This document shows, piece after piece, positions 24,260-38,087 of a stretch of 64,000 nucleotides of DNA (positions are counted from its first letter, which is position 1; each line of letters starts with the position of its first letter). The notes under the pieces are model-generated. The model was not told the DNA's origin. It was given only the letters and a program-made list of their open reading frames with translations, and searched no databases. This DNA is from Pseudovirgaria hyperparasitica (lineage: Eukaryota). Both the position numbers and the translations under genes were made by a program. The stretch lies in the NCBI GenBank assembly GCA_010093815.1, contig ML996566.1; one strand, 5' to 3'.

Positions 24260-27071
24260 ATGGTTAAGTATGTCCACCCTCTTCCCCTCCTACCTCTGGT
24301 TATCTCTCTCTGAGTGCTCTCATTTAAATTGAGATATCACATACCAATTCAATCCTATCGATAGAAACTTGCTGACATGGATACAGCTTCACGGTCGAAG
24401 AGGTATATACCACCACCCGAGTTCGCGACCGAGATGACATACTGACAATACAACAAGATCCGTGAGCTCATGGACGATGCGGCCAACATCCGTAACATGT
24501 CGGTCATTGCCCACGGTGAGTCAAATTGGCGGCTATGGTGGAAAGTACCAGGAGTCTAATCATGGAACAGTCGATCACGGAAAGTCCACCTTGACCGATT
24601 CGCTAGTCCAGCGTGCTGGTATTATTTCGGCTGCAAAGGCTGGTGAGGCGCGTTTTACTGATACGCGTCCGGATGAGCAGGAGCGTGGTGTGACCATCAA
24701 GTCCACCGCCATCTCTCTGTACGCCACCCTGAACGACCCTGAGGATCTCAAGGATATCCCCGTCAAAACCACCAAGAATGACTTCTTGATCAACTTGATC
24801 GACTCACCAGGTCACGTCGATTTTTCTTCTGAAGTCACTGCTGCACTCCGCGTCACTGACGGTGCCCTTGTCGTCGTTGACACCATAGAAGGTGTGTGTG
24901 TGCAGACCGAGACTGTACTGCGCCAGGCTCTTGGTGAGCGTATTAAGCCTGTTGTCATTATCAACAAGGTTGATCGTGCTCTCCTCGAACTCCAACTTGA
25001 GAAGGAGGATCTGTACCAAAACTTCTCCCGTGTTATCGAGTCAGTCAACGTCGTTATCGCTACCTACTTCGACAAGGCTCTTGGCGATGTCCAAGTTTAC
25101 CCAGAGAAGGGTACGGTCGCCTTCGGCTCTGGTCTTCATGGCTGGGCCTTCACCGTCCGCCAATTTGCCACAAAATATGCCAAGAAGTTTGGTGTCGACA
25201 AAACCAAGATGATGGACCGTCTTTGGGGCGACAACTACTTTAACCCTAAAACCAAGAAGTGGACCAAGACCGGTACCCACGAGGGCCAAACCCTTGAGCG
25301 TGCCTTCAACCAGTTCATTCTTGACCCCATCTTCCGTATCTTCAACGCGGTCATGAACTTCAAAACTGACGAAATTCCTAAGTTGCTCGAGAAGCTCGAG
25401 ATCAAGCTGGCCAGTGATGAAAAGGAGCTTCAAGGCAAGCAGTTACTCAAGGTTGTGATGCGCAAATTCCTCCCTGCCGCCGATGCCCTCTTGGAGATGA
25501 TGATTCTCCACCTCCCATCGCCCAAGACCGCTCAGAGGTACCGTATGGAGACATTGTATGAAGGTCCCAATGACGATGAGAACGCCATTGCTATCCGTGA
25601 CTGTGACCCTAAGGGCCCTCTCATGCTGTACGTGTCCAAGATGGTGCCGACTTCAGACAAGGGACGTTTCTTCGCCTTTGGCCGTGTTTTCGCCGGTACT
25701 GTTCGCTCCGGGTTGAAGGTCCGTATCCAGGGCCCCAATTACACCCCTGGAAACAAGCAGGATCTTTTCATCAAGGCTGTGCAGCGTACCATCCTTATGA
25801 TGGGTCGCTTTACCGAGCCCATTGAGAACGTCCCAGCTGGTAACATTTGCGGTCTCGTCGGTGTCGATCAGTTCTTGCTCAAGTCCGGTACGTTGACCAC
25901 CAACGAGACTGCCCACAACTTGAAGGTCATGAAATTCTCTGTCTCTCCTGTCGTGCAACGTTCCGTTGAAGTCAAGAACGCCCAAGATCTTCCCAAGCTC
26001 GTCGAAGGTCTTAAGCGTCTCTCCAAGTCCGACCCTTGTGTCCTCACTTACATCAACGAATCTGGTGAGCACATTGTTGCCGGTGCTGGTGAGCTGCACT
26101 TGGAAATTTGCTTGAAGGATCTCGAAGAGGATCACGCTGGTGTGCCTCTCCGGGTTTCGGACCCTGTCGTCCAGTACCGCGAGACCGTTGGTACCGATTC
26201 TAGCATGACTGCTCTGTCCAAGTCGCCCAACAAGCACAATCGTCTCTACGTCACCGCGACCCCTCTTGCTGAGGAAGTCTCTGTTGCCATTGAGGCCGGA
26301 AAGATCACTCCCCGAGACGATTTTAAGGCTCGTGCTCGTATCCTGGCTGATGACTTCGGCTGGGATGTCACCGACGCCAGAAAGATCTGGTGTTTCGGCC
26401 CAGACACCAATGGTGCCAACTTGCTCGTTGACCAGACCAAGGCTGTGCAGTACCTGAACGAAATCAAGGACTCCGTTGTCTCTGGTTTCCAGTGGGCCAC
26501 CAAGGAAGGTCCAGTTGCTGAGGAACCTATGCGTTCAGTCCGCTGGAACATTCAGGATGTCACCCTCCACACTGACGCCATTCACCGTGGTGGTGGCCAA
26601 ATTATCCCCACCACACGTCGTGTGCTCTACGCGGCCGCTCTATTGGCTGAGCCAGGTCTCCAGGAGCCCGTCTACTTGGTCGAAATCCAGGTTCCCGAGC
26701 AGGCCATGGGTGGTATCTACGGTGTTCTTACGCGGAGAAGAGGACACGTCTTCGAGGAGGCCCAGCGTCCTGGTACTCCTCTGTTCAACATTAAAGCTTA
26801 CCTTCCCGTCAACGAATCTTTCGGTTTCACCGCCGATCTACGATCCAACACTGCCGGACAAGCCTTTCCCCAATCAGTGTTCGACCACTGGCAGATCCTT
26901 CCTGGTGGCTCACCTCTTGACAAGACGACCATGCCTGGTAAGATTGTTGAGGAGATGCGAAAGCGTAAGGGTATCAAGCCTGAAGTACCGGGCGTCGAGA
27001 ACGTAAGTTACGAAAATACAATATTTAGTTACTTTGCTAACATCACACTCCAGTACTACGACAAGCTATAA
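24260..27071 (+). CDS. EFT1: Translation elongation factor 2
   Basis: Spliced start [47 protein letters not shown], diphthamide loop [16 protein letters not shown], last intron 27003-27053, ends YYDKL. Confidence 0.99.
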
Positions 27072-27927
27072 GGAGATGCTATCGAAATTGATAGATTTTC
27101 TTTCGTCCAAGTATACCTCTTTCCTGGATCAGTGGGGATCCTTTGTACGGCGCTTCTGATGTCTTAGCTCACCTGTTTCTGACGGATGAGCAAAATATAT
27201 TCGGGCCACACCTAAAAGTACCGACATGAACGCGAATGGCCGGCGGTGATGGTCAAGAATATGAGTCCCCCTCCCCTTTCATATTCTCCGAATACCTACC
27301 TTCTTCTTACTCTCCCATCTGATGCATGTTTCTTTTGTGTACCTATCCGATCAAGTAAGAACGAGATAAATCACACCTTCTGTGGCATTTTTGTGATACC
27401 CAAGTGAAGAGCGAATTGTCGGCCCGACCTAGAAAGGCCACACGAAAGGAGAAGAATAGGACAGTTCCATTCTATCCGCACGCGCGGAACCATACCGAAA
27501 GTGGATCTAGTGCATCCCGTCTCGTGCGCTCCATTCAGAGCTCCAAGCCCAGTCAGGAACTGTTCACCCCACATAATCACCCAACTCACAGCTTCTGATG
27601 TGACCGACCCCTCACTTCGTATCATGAGGGTACAGCCTTCCCCCCGCCCGGTAATGGGTCATGGTTGTGATGACGATCGTTTGGTAAGCGCTGCCGGTAG
27701 GTGCACAGAGCTATATATATTCTTTACGGATCTGTTTATGCGTGTATCATACTTCCCGCAAGTAATCGGCTGATCTCCGCTACCCAGTTACTCCACTGCG
27801 AATGTTCATTCGACTGACCACGGTCGCTAATTTCCCCTCCTGACTGTTCAATTGACTTCATATTTCGCCTAGCAATCACCTTCAGAGCACCTGGAGATCA
27901 CTTTTCGAGGGCCTCACTATTTACCTA

Positions 27928-29958
27928 ATGGCTTCAATTGAAGTTGATTCGCCTGTTCACGTGAAAAAGTATGCCGGTGAAGGCGCTGAACGCTCGGAGC
28001 CTGGCAGCGTCAACCTGACGGCCGCATCCTTTCCGATAACTGTCACTCCAAGTGGTAATGTGGATGAGATCGCAGCAGATATTGTGGACCGCTTCAATAC
28101 TAGTCTCAAGAATAAGGACTGGGCTGCTATTGCAGATCTCTTTCATGACTCTAGCTATTGGCGTGATCACCTCGTCTCAACATGGGACCTTCGCACTATC
28201 AAAGGTAAAGCTTCTATTAGGTCGTACCTTGAGGCGACATGCAGCATTATCGAAGTCTCTATCCGCCGCGGGGACCCCTTCCAGAGGCCACACTTCGGTC
28301 CGCTCGACGGTGTGAGTGATCCTCAAGGTATCACGTTCTTGATTGACTTCCAAAGTAAAATCGGAAGAGGTCAAGGTACTGTTCGACTTGGTGACGACGG
28401 ACAAGGTTGGAAGATCCTGACCTTCTTCGTTACACTTCAAGAGCTGAAGGATTTCGAGGAACCGATAGGGCACCGGAGAGTACAGGGGGTACAGCATGGC
28501 GGGGACCCAAGTAGGAAAAATTGGCGTGAAAGAAGGACAGATGAATTCAACTTTAAGGATAGAGAACCCATTGTTCTGATCATTGGTATGCTTACGTCAT
28601 TCTTGAAAGAGGTAGCTGACTCTTTGAATAGGAGCGGGCCAAGCTGGCTTGACGGCATCTGCTAGGTTCAAGATGCTAGGCATTCCTGCTCTTGCCATTG
28701 ACCAGAACGAGCGTGTGGGTGACAATTGGCGGAAGCGGTATCATCAGCTTGTGTTGCACGATCCGGTCTGGTACGACCATATGCCTTACTTGAAATTCCC
28801 TTCCAATTGGCCCATCTTCACGCCGAAGGACAAACTGGCAGATTTCTTCGAGGCCTATGCTAAGCTTCTCGAGCTCAACATCTGGACTAGGACGAGTATC
28901 TTATCAAGCAAGTGGGACGAGGACGAGGCTAAATGGACTGTGGAAGTGGGACGCCTGTTGGATGACGGCAGAACTGAGAAGCGGACGTTCCACCCACGGC
29001 ATATCATCCAGTAAGCCTTGTCGTCTCGATGATTGCGTTTAGTGGCTAACATGTCGATCTCAGAGCTACAGGCCATTCCGGCAAGAAGAATTTCCCAAGT
29101 ATCAAAGGCATGGAAAATTTCAGAGGTGATCGCCTTTGCCATTCATCCGAATTCTCCGGGGCTCAAGAGAACAGTAAAGGGAAAAAAGCTATCGTCGTAG
29201 GTGCCTGTAATTCAAGTCACGATATCGCACAAGACTTCTACGAGAAGGGCTACGACGTGACAATGGTACAGCGCTCAACCACTTGCGTCGTGTCCAGTCA
29301 TTCCATCACTCATATTGGACTCGCCGGCCTCTATGACGAAAATGGCCCACCTGTTGATGACGCAGACCTCTGGCTCTGGGGCTTACCTAGCGAGCTATTC
29401 AAGACGCAACAGGCTCGAGTCCACCGTCTACAACGAGACAACGACAAAGAACTCCTCGATGGGTTAGAGAAAGCAGGCTTCAAGGTGGACAAAGGTCCAG
29501 GTGATGGAGGACTTTTCATTAAGTACTTCCAACGTGGAGGCGGCTACTACATTGATGTGGGGGCTTCCAAACTCATTGGGGAGGGAAAGATCAAAGTCAA
29601 ACAAGGCCAGGAGATTGGGGAGATTCTCGAGCACGAGATGCTCTTTGCAGACGGTACCAAGCTGCCTGCGGATGAGATCATCTTCGCGACTGGATACCAG
29701 AATATGAGAACTCAAGCTCAGCTGCTGTTTGGCGATGATGTGTATAATCGGACCGGAGACTTCTGGGGCTTTGACGAGGAGGGCGAGTTCAGGGTTGACT
29801 GTAGGAGGAGCGGTCATCCAGGGTTTTGGTACTTTGGAGGCAATCTCGCGATCTGTAGGTATTTTTCGAGGATTCTGGCGCTGCAGATCAAAGCAATTGA
29901 GACCGGATTGGCGAAGAGAGAGCCTGGTGGTGAGAAAGAGAGGACTGCCAAGGCCTAG
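27928..29958 (+). CDS. Flavin-containing monooxygenase (FMO/YUCCA/CzcO-like) with N-terminal extension
   Basis: Introns 28586-28631 and 29011-29063. Motifs IIGAGQAGL, GDNWRKRY..LVLHDPVW, ATGHSG, FRGDRLCHSSEF, VVGACNSSHDIA, FATGY. Confidence 0.92.
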
Positions 29959-30370
29959 TGCTATTGACCCTCAAAGGCAATGTAGGATTCTATATGAGCT
30001 ATACATCTCTTTCGGGGCTTTATTCTGTACATTGAATGTGACTAGTAACGTGACGTTCAGATGAGAAAGGGAGTGAGAGCGTCACGTGCACGTGCCAAGC
30101 CTAGCAGCGCGACTGCATATTCCATCATCCCCGTGTCTTTCGCGCTATCTCTAGCAGAAGCGCCACTCGCAATTTGTCTGAGCTGTTGACAACTTTCGTG
30201 CAGCTTGTTCATGCCCGCGATCAACGACTGATGAAGCTTTGCGCCAGCTTGGACTCTTGCCGCTGAAACGCTACATAGACGGCGATACTAGTCCCCTTTC
30301 TCAACCCGCCTACGCGCATGCCACTTCTTACCCTCGCTTGATCACGACTTCATACACTTCTCGCGGCAAG

Positions 30371-32793
30371 ATGCACGTTGACGAGGCAGACACACCTCTA
30401 CTCAAAAAATGGATCGTAAAGCGACTTGAGGACATGTAGGTCCAGACTGTTGTAGCACAAGGTTTTAAGAAGACTGACCATTAGCACAGCTCAGACGCAG
30501 ATTCTGATGTCCTTGCTGACTACGTCCTCGCGCTCGTAAAGTCGGATGACCCGGACGATCAAGTCCGAGCGACTTCGTTAGAGAGTTTGGAGGATTTCTT
30601 GAAAGAACGTACGCGATACCTTTATAACCATCTCGCGGGTGCAGACTGACGACGGTAGATACCTCAAAATTCGTTGACGATGTACTTCAAACCATCCGCA
30701 CAAAATCATATGACTCAACAAAGCCCTATCCTGTGATACAGCCTCCGACCGGTCCAGCGTTCAACCCACCAAGTGGGCCGTCCGACCCGAACCGAAGGTC
30801 TAGCTTGCCAGGTCAAAATCCACTCCACGGCTCAGCGAATGGTGCCGGTGATCAATCGCGAAAAAGAAATTTCAATCAGACAGGACTGGGCGAAGGGCAA
30901 GATGGTCAATTTGGACGAGGCCCTGGTGACCGTGCAATCAAACAAATGCGAAGAGGTGGCAGGGGCGGCATCCCTACTGGTCCTGCAATGGGGACTGGGA
31001 GAGGAAACAGAGACGCGCACATGAGTGGCCAAAGGACTTCGATGTCTGCAATGCCGAGCATGCCTACGCCGCCGGGCTTTCCACCGATCGACCCTAATAA
31101 CCCTCTGGCGGCTATGATGGCTATGCAAGCTATGGGCTTTCCTATGCCTGGATTTCCTGGTATGCCTGGAGCTGGCTCGCCCTCGTTCGGTCAGACTGGA
31201 TCGTCACAGCAAAACGGTCCGCCTAAGAAGCCTGGTAAAAGATGTCGGGACTACGATACGAAAGGGTTCTGTGCTCTTGGCACTTCGTGTCCATATGAAC
31301 ATGGACCAGACAGTATAATGGTTGGAACAGAAGGTAGTAATAGCTCAACAACAATCCCTCATACGTCGCTAATAAAAGTTGTAGAATATGATCCCACGAA
31401 AGGCTCACCCGGTCATGAACAACGACAAAACGGTTTCGACCACGCAAGAGGAAGCGAACGGGGTCGTGGAAGAGGCCGCGGCCGTGGCGACAGAGGAGGT
31501 CACAACAAGAGCAACCGTGCAGCCTTCTCACAGGCAGGACCCAATTTTGACAAGTCAAACACAACCATTGTCGTCGAACAAATACCTGAGGACAAGTTCG
31601 ATGAACCAATAGTGCGAGACTTCTTTTCGGAGTTTGGAAACATTACAGAGATCAAGATGCAAGCGTACAAACACCTTGCCATTGTTACGTTTGACGATTA
31701 CTATGCTGCGCAGAAAGCATACGAGAGTCCAAAAGTCATATTCGATAACCGTTTCGTAAAGGTGTATTGGTACAAGCCAGACACCGTACCGACTCCACCA
31801 ATCAACGGTCAAAATACTAGCTCTACAATATCGGAAACCAAGCCTGACGAAGAGATGATTGACCCTGTGGAGTTCGAGAAGAGGCAAGCTGAGGCACAGA
31901 AGGCACACGAGGAGAAGCAAAAGCAGATAGAAGCAGCCAAGAACGAGCGTGAAGAGCTCGAACGAAAAGTAAAAGCACAAGCAGAAGAGCGTAAGAAGCT
32001 CCTAGAAAAGCTCGCTGCCAAGACCGGCGGAGTTTCTGCTGGCCCTGCAGTTGGAGGTGCACAATCGCCCACTGCTGAAGCCGCTGGCGAAGAAGGCAAG
32101 CAATCGCAGACCGAAGCTCTCAAAGCCAAGTTGGCTGAACTCGAAGCTGAAGCTGAGCGCATTGGACTTCCAGATGAGCATAGTACTGGCTTCCGGGGCC
32201 GTGGTAGAGGTGGATACCGCGCTCGCGGCTTCCCATCTCGAGGACGAGGATATGACCCCGGCTTCCGCGGTTCATATCGCGGCCGTGGGGCCTTCAACGG
32301 GGGCGCACGCGGTGGCGTGATGAGACTAGATAACCGTCCCAAAAAAATCGTTGTCACCGCTCCGGAGCTTACGACGCCGGCGAAGGATGAGGCATTCCGC
32401 CAATACCTTTTTGTAAGTTTAAGTCCAACAAGGTGATCAGAGAAATTTGCGAGCTGATACTCAACACAGAACAACTATGAGTTCGATGCCATCGAGACCC
32501 ATCCCTCCAAGCCGAGCTCTCTCATAGTTGGCTTCAAAGAACGTTATATTGCTGAGCAGTTCATAAACTCGACATTTGACGTCCCTAACGTTGGAAAGTT
32601 GGAGCTCACGTGGCATAGCGGCCCTACATCAACAACGACTACGCCGTCGGTCAATCCTGGGAATAAGGAGCTTGGGCTTGGGAGCGATGTGCATATGAGC
32701 AGCGAAGCGAACGGGGCGGGAACAGAGGAAGCGCCGAAAGCAGAGATGGATTACGATGTTGCAGATGATGAGGATCAGTGGATGGCTTCGTAA
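30371..32793 (+). CDS. RBM26/27 (Rmn1-like) PWI-CCCH-RRM RNA-binding protein
   Basis: Spliced PWI domain (LKKWIVKRLEDI|SDADSDVLADYVLALVK), CCCH finger CRDYDTKGFCALGTSCPYEH, RRM (IVVEQIPED..FDNRFVKVYW), RGG boxes, LDNRPK. Confidence 0.9.
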
Positions 32794-35631
32794 GGAACAG
32801 GGCCGCGCAAGATGGAAAAGGGGGAAACATTGGCAGACATGAGATGTAGAGGGGCTTTGTAATATTACCGCATACTGGGTGGCATATCGTACATTTCAGG
32901 ATGAGTTGTCCACAACCGTTGCGCACTGTATGTGCTGTCTCCTCGACTAAGAATAATATGTGACCATTACCGTGATTAGTACCCGGTCTCACCGCATCCT
33001 TTTATACCTGTCGTTTGTCACTCCCATCTACGTCCCTGTTCAGTATTGTCTTCATGGGGCACCGCAAGCTTCGGAAAGCTTAGCCACGACGCCACCAGGA
33101 TCGTCAATCGATGTCAATATTTGGGCTTCGGCCATCCATCCAAGCGTCTGATCTACATAATGGCACTTACGTTGCATTCCTTTATTTAGCAAGCATACCC
33201 AGCGAGCATTGTATGCCGACGCTTTGTGGGGCTGGGGGTTCATAAGAGGTCATACTCGGGTAGCTAGTATACTATAGACTCGCTGTATTTGGCGTTGGTG
33301 TGTACACATACGTGCAACGTCGAGAATGCCTCCATACCGTCATCTTTGATTGACATAACCGTACTAGATGTAGACCCTAACGCTCCGAGACATCCGTTGA
33401 TGATGTAGACCGCCGTTCAAAGATGCTGAAGTATCTAATAGAGTCCTCTCGATGCATACCAAAGCCGACAGCTTCTCCAATCACTCTACTCCCATTTTCA
33501 GTCTCCAGTAACGGCTACATTGGCTTTACGCGGGCGAATTTTTGGAACACAGCCCTTTGTCTAGCTCGAACATATTCTTAATGAGACCTTTACTATTTTG
33601 TCCTTGTCACTGGATGATTTCTATTGTTGGATGTAGTGTAAAGCGATGGAGGAGGGTTCTGGTCTTGGATCGCGTTTCTCAACGCTGTTTCAAGCACAAG
33701 TAATCTGAGATGCCGTATATCTCGGAGAGTGTATTGATACACTAGCTACAACATAGTCTGAAACTTTTGGCTTAGGAATGACAGTTCTGTATGGGTGCGT
33801 CCATCTTTCGAGGCGGACATTGTGGTTGTTGTTTCTATGACATGTTTTGGATTGATTGACTTCGAACCTCGTTAGCGGAGCACAGAACTGGTAGATTAAT
33901 AATATGTTTGCGGGATCCATCAACATAACGCTATAGTCATTGAGTGCGTCTCTGTATACCCCAGAATACCGACGATGTCAGCCGGAATCTACACAATAGC
34001 CATGAACTCCTGTTGCCTAGAACGAGGAAAGTATACAACGAACAAGAATAGAAAATGACAAAAGTGACTGAGAACGACCAATACAGCCTCACATGGGCGC
34101 CTGAGGGTCGGAGAGGTATTGACCATGTCATGGTGTTGCATTCGTAATCGGCCACTGGTCTTAGCAAGATACACTACAAGGGAATATAGCCGATTCGGAG
34201 TTGTGTTGAGGAGAGACACCATGACGCTAAAGAAGAAACAAGGGTTTCTCGATGTGGTATGACAGTAGTATATATCGGAATAGTAGCCCTGAAACCGGCA
34301 GTCGTACAGCAATGCCAGACCGTAGCGAAAGAGAGTGGGCGGCCACAAGAGCACACCAAATGTATCTCAACAGCCGGCTGAACAGAAAGTACATGACATG
34401 CTGAGGACTTACTTAAAATCCCCTCGTATTGAAAGCATGTCTGGTCCAGGATCGAAAGGCTGCACCTGGGTATTCGTGTAATGTGCGCTGCGGTCCTGTC
34501 GAAGTCCGCGGTCATAGAGCTACAACCTGTCACATTTTCGAAAAGAGGCAAGGCGAAGATTGGCTAGATACAGGCTGTAAGCTCACCGGAGAGCTCAGCA
34601 GAGTGTCCAGGATACATGCAAGTAACCGATGCTTACGTTGTGCCAACACTGTAGCATCAGGCTCTCCACCGATCTGACAGACACCCGCCCTCGGTGTGGC
34701 GTTGGCGTAACCGGCATTAATGCTTCAGGTTTCAAACAATGCATACACAACGCAAAGGCGGGAAGACCTTCGTGGCAAATTAGGCAACCGCAGCGCCATC
34801 CTTCGCGCCCAAACACAGGGGCCACATGATGCCCCGTGTACAAGGCAAACAGTTGGAGAATGTCGCGCGGTAATATATGATGAGCGGACTACCGTCAATG
34901 CGGCCACTGAGTGGTAAGCACGGTGAGGGGCTCGATATGGAATATAAGTACCCTACGATATTACTGCTGCGTTGGGTCAGAGTTTATACTATGACTGCCT
35001 GAGGCAGCAAGCCTGATAAGGTATTCAATTTAGGGCGCCTCATTGGCCACGTCCGTTACCACTGGTTCACCGCTGGTTGCATCCCTAACACTTTGGATGC
35101 AGGCGACTATGCAAGCGAGAGCCAGTCGCACACATTTTGTTGTTTAACACAACGTTTCGTATATTTGCTAATTCCAGGTCCCGAAAGCGCAACCAGTTGA
35201 ATACGACGGGGGGGTATAATGAAACAAGGAAGAAAAGAACAGTGAATGAGAAAATTGGGCATGTTTCGGTCATATCTCCTCCGAGTATATTTTATCAGTT
35301 GCTGGCGCCTTCTTTGGAAACCTTTCCTTTGCGAATACTGACAATTAAACAGTTTGATGTAGGGAATCCAGTCGTTGTGCAATGCTCATGCGCCTAAGCA
35401 ATTCGGTCATATCGTCATTAGTCGTCAAATTCGTTCGATTGGGAGAGTGAAAACACTACGTTTAAATGATGTGATGGGGAAAGAAGTATGCAAGCAGGTC
35501 GGGCATGAAGGTTGGAGGTCGGGCTCAGAAAAAAGAAAGTGAAGAGTGCCGAGAAGAAACGATCGAAAGAGCCAAAAGTACCGGGAGATTCAGAGAGCTT
35601 CCTCGGTGGCTGCTAGTCATCATATCAAACT

Positions 35632-36864
35632 TTACTGAAGTCTTCGGTAGGCCCCAGACGGCCTGCCCCTACGTTCGATTTGCCGACCGGCAGTCACCGT
35701 AAAATGTTCGTGGGGAGCAGATTGCAGAGTTCCAGTGGTCTGTAAGTCCTTGAGTTCCTGGTCGCTGATGAGTTTTTTGTTCCACAGAAACTTAAACAGT
35801 CCACGGTCTTTGTGGCTGCCTATAAGTGGTTCATTTCGCCGAAGATGTAGAGAAATGTGTGCCATTCGCCATTCCCAGGCCTTTTCGCCAGTCTCAAACT
35901 CCTCTACTCGCAAGCAGATTGGACATAATGATTTCTTCGGGGGTGTATTGCATCGCAAATGCGCTAGACAGTGTGTCCACCATTCCTCTAAGTCCGTGGA
36001 GGCGTACGAACACCTAAGGAACCAGAAAACACAGGGATGATTAGTTAGAGGTCTTCGTGGTCCCGAGTAGTCTTCAGCAGTTTCATTATAGCGGACCAGA
36101 AGATTGTCATCTTCGACCTGTAGAACCTCTTTGCCCCGGAAGTTGCGTGCTTCGTGGGTATCTGCGCTCATGCTTGTCAGCGTAGACACATCTGAACCTT
36201 CGAGCGAAGGTGGAGACGAAGCTTCTAACGTAGACGTCGAGGTAGGCCGTAAGGACAGGCTCTCAAAAGCAGAGGAGGTGGAGGTGACATTCTCCTCATC
36301 TAACGCAGGCATGGCGGAACCAGTTATTGATGTGCCCGACTGTGAGCCGCTGGACAACGATATTGCTCTAGGATACCGGGAGCTCGATCCCAGCTCTGAC
36401 TGTGCTCCGAGATGCCTCAAGTTCTGCTCTTGAGCTGCAGTGATTCCAGGAGTCCCTCTCTCATAACTTTTAACCAGTGGGGTATCAGCTTCGGATGTGC
36501 TCAGGCAGTCTGAAATGGACAGTGTAGTCGAGTATCTCGTGACGGAATCGGTCACTGACAGGGTGTCAAGGTCATCGACCGCTCTTAGGATTGCCGGATC
36601 GTTCGACCGTCTTCCAAGTATCTCAGCCAGTGAAAGTGCTAATCGGGGAGGGCTTGCTGAATTGTGCAAAATTGCCCTGCCCCTCGACGCGTGTGGAGCG
36701 GGGAGCCCGCCCTCCTGGGGCCTACTTGGAGGAGCCACTGCAGGACATCAGCGATCTGTATGGAACGAACGAGACGATAGGCCCTTCAACGCGAGGGGAG
36801 GCTGCCATGCTGAAAGAGTACCAGATTGCACAGCCCACTACAAGGCTGCGAGAGTATACGTACT
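35632..36864 (-). CDS. Ser-rich hypothetical protein with C-terminal C2H2-like zinc motifs
   Basis: 368-codon ORF containing PCVFWFLRC..WWTHCLAH and CPIC..RMAHISLH. The ORF begins at a splice acceptor (gctgat..ctgcag, 36738); the start codon is probably formed across intron 36863-36738. Confidence 0.7.
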
Positions 36865-38087
36865 GGTCTCCGGAAATGATAAAGGGCGCTGCTGAGTCGA
36901 GCGGTGTCATTCCCTTCAAACTTTCGCCACAGGATGGGGATTGGGAGGCAAAAACCTTATTGCCTAGAGGCGCACTCGTTGTTGACGAAAGGCGTAACCT
37001 ATTTCGCAAATGTCAGCTTGTGAATTCTGGAGTAAGCCGTATCGAGCGAAACTCATGGTCGTACTTGAAACTGCGCAGTCGTGCTGCCTCCAACCTGACG
37101 TGCTTAGGCTGCCTGGGAGATTCAACGACTTCAAGCTGATAGACTTGCCCCTTCTGGAAGAGCGTAGCCAACCACAGAAAAGTCGCAATTAGAATATAGT
37201 CTACAGTTCTTGCTAGAGAACCAATAATAATGGTTAACAAATCTTCCGTCGCTAGTTCATATTAAACCATGAAATATCTTTAGATTCATGCGAACCAGTG
37301 TTTCATGCTCATGTCAAGATATCCGATTCAAACTTGGATGTATCACGATTCTTTTGATCGTTCACGTAGCATTACACGGCAACGTTTCTCCCCACCTAGT
37401 GATTGTTACTATGCTCTAGCATTTGATGGCCTACGGCTCCTACTCCACTCACCATCCCTGGTATTTGCCTTACATGGAACCGAATCACATATTTGCACAA
37501 TTCCCTGCATCCCTGGGTGGCATAACGATTCGTCTATTTCTCTTGGCTGCTTTTCCAGACTTCCGAATGGCAGCGAGGAGAATCAAGGCAGCAATCGTCT
37601 GGATGTCCTTCATATGTGGAGAATTACCCTTCGTGATGGCGCCTCTTGTTAGGCGGCCTCGCTCTCCATCACATATCACTATCGCTTGCTCAGTTTTCTG
37701 CATTAGGGACCTTACGTACATACATTAGCCATCGAGATCGGACGAAGTACTGTTTGTCTACTATGGCTGATAACGTACTGGAGAAGGAGGAAATTGGAAT
37801 TCACTTGGAAAGTAGTAGTTAAGCGCCACAATCGCGCCACTCCTGCCCCACTGGCTGGGATCTCCACCTGCCATGCACTTTCCACTAGCTATCCAAACCT
37901 ACGATCTTTGACTTCCTCTCCAGCAGTCAGCAGTAATATACTGGTTGCCCATGGGGATTGTAAATACCAGTGCATTTGAAACTACTGGCCCAATCACTTT
38001 CCATCTGTATCATTCACTTGACAATCGCTCGTCCAAAATCGGCCACTCGCTCTCAACATCACTCCCAAGTTCGAGGTATATAGTACG

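Noticed and set aside
33000..35600. 2.6-kb region with many short ORFs
   Set aside because: No coherent spliced gene model, motif or codon bias found by eye; a lineage-specific gene or lncRNA cannot be excluded.
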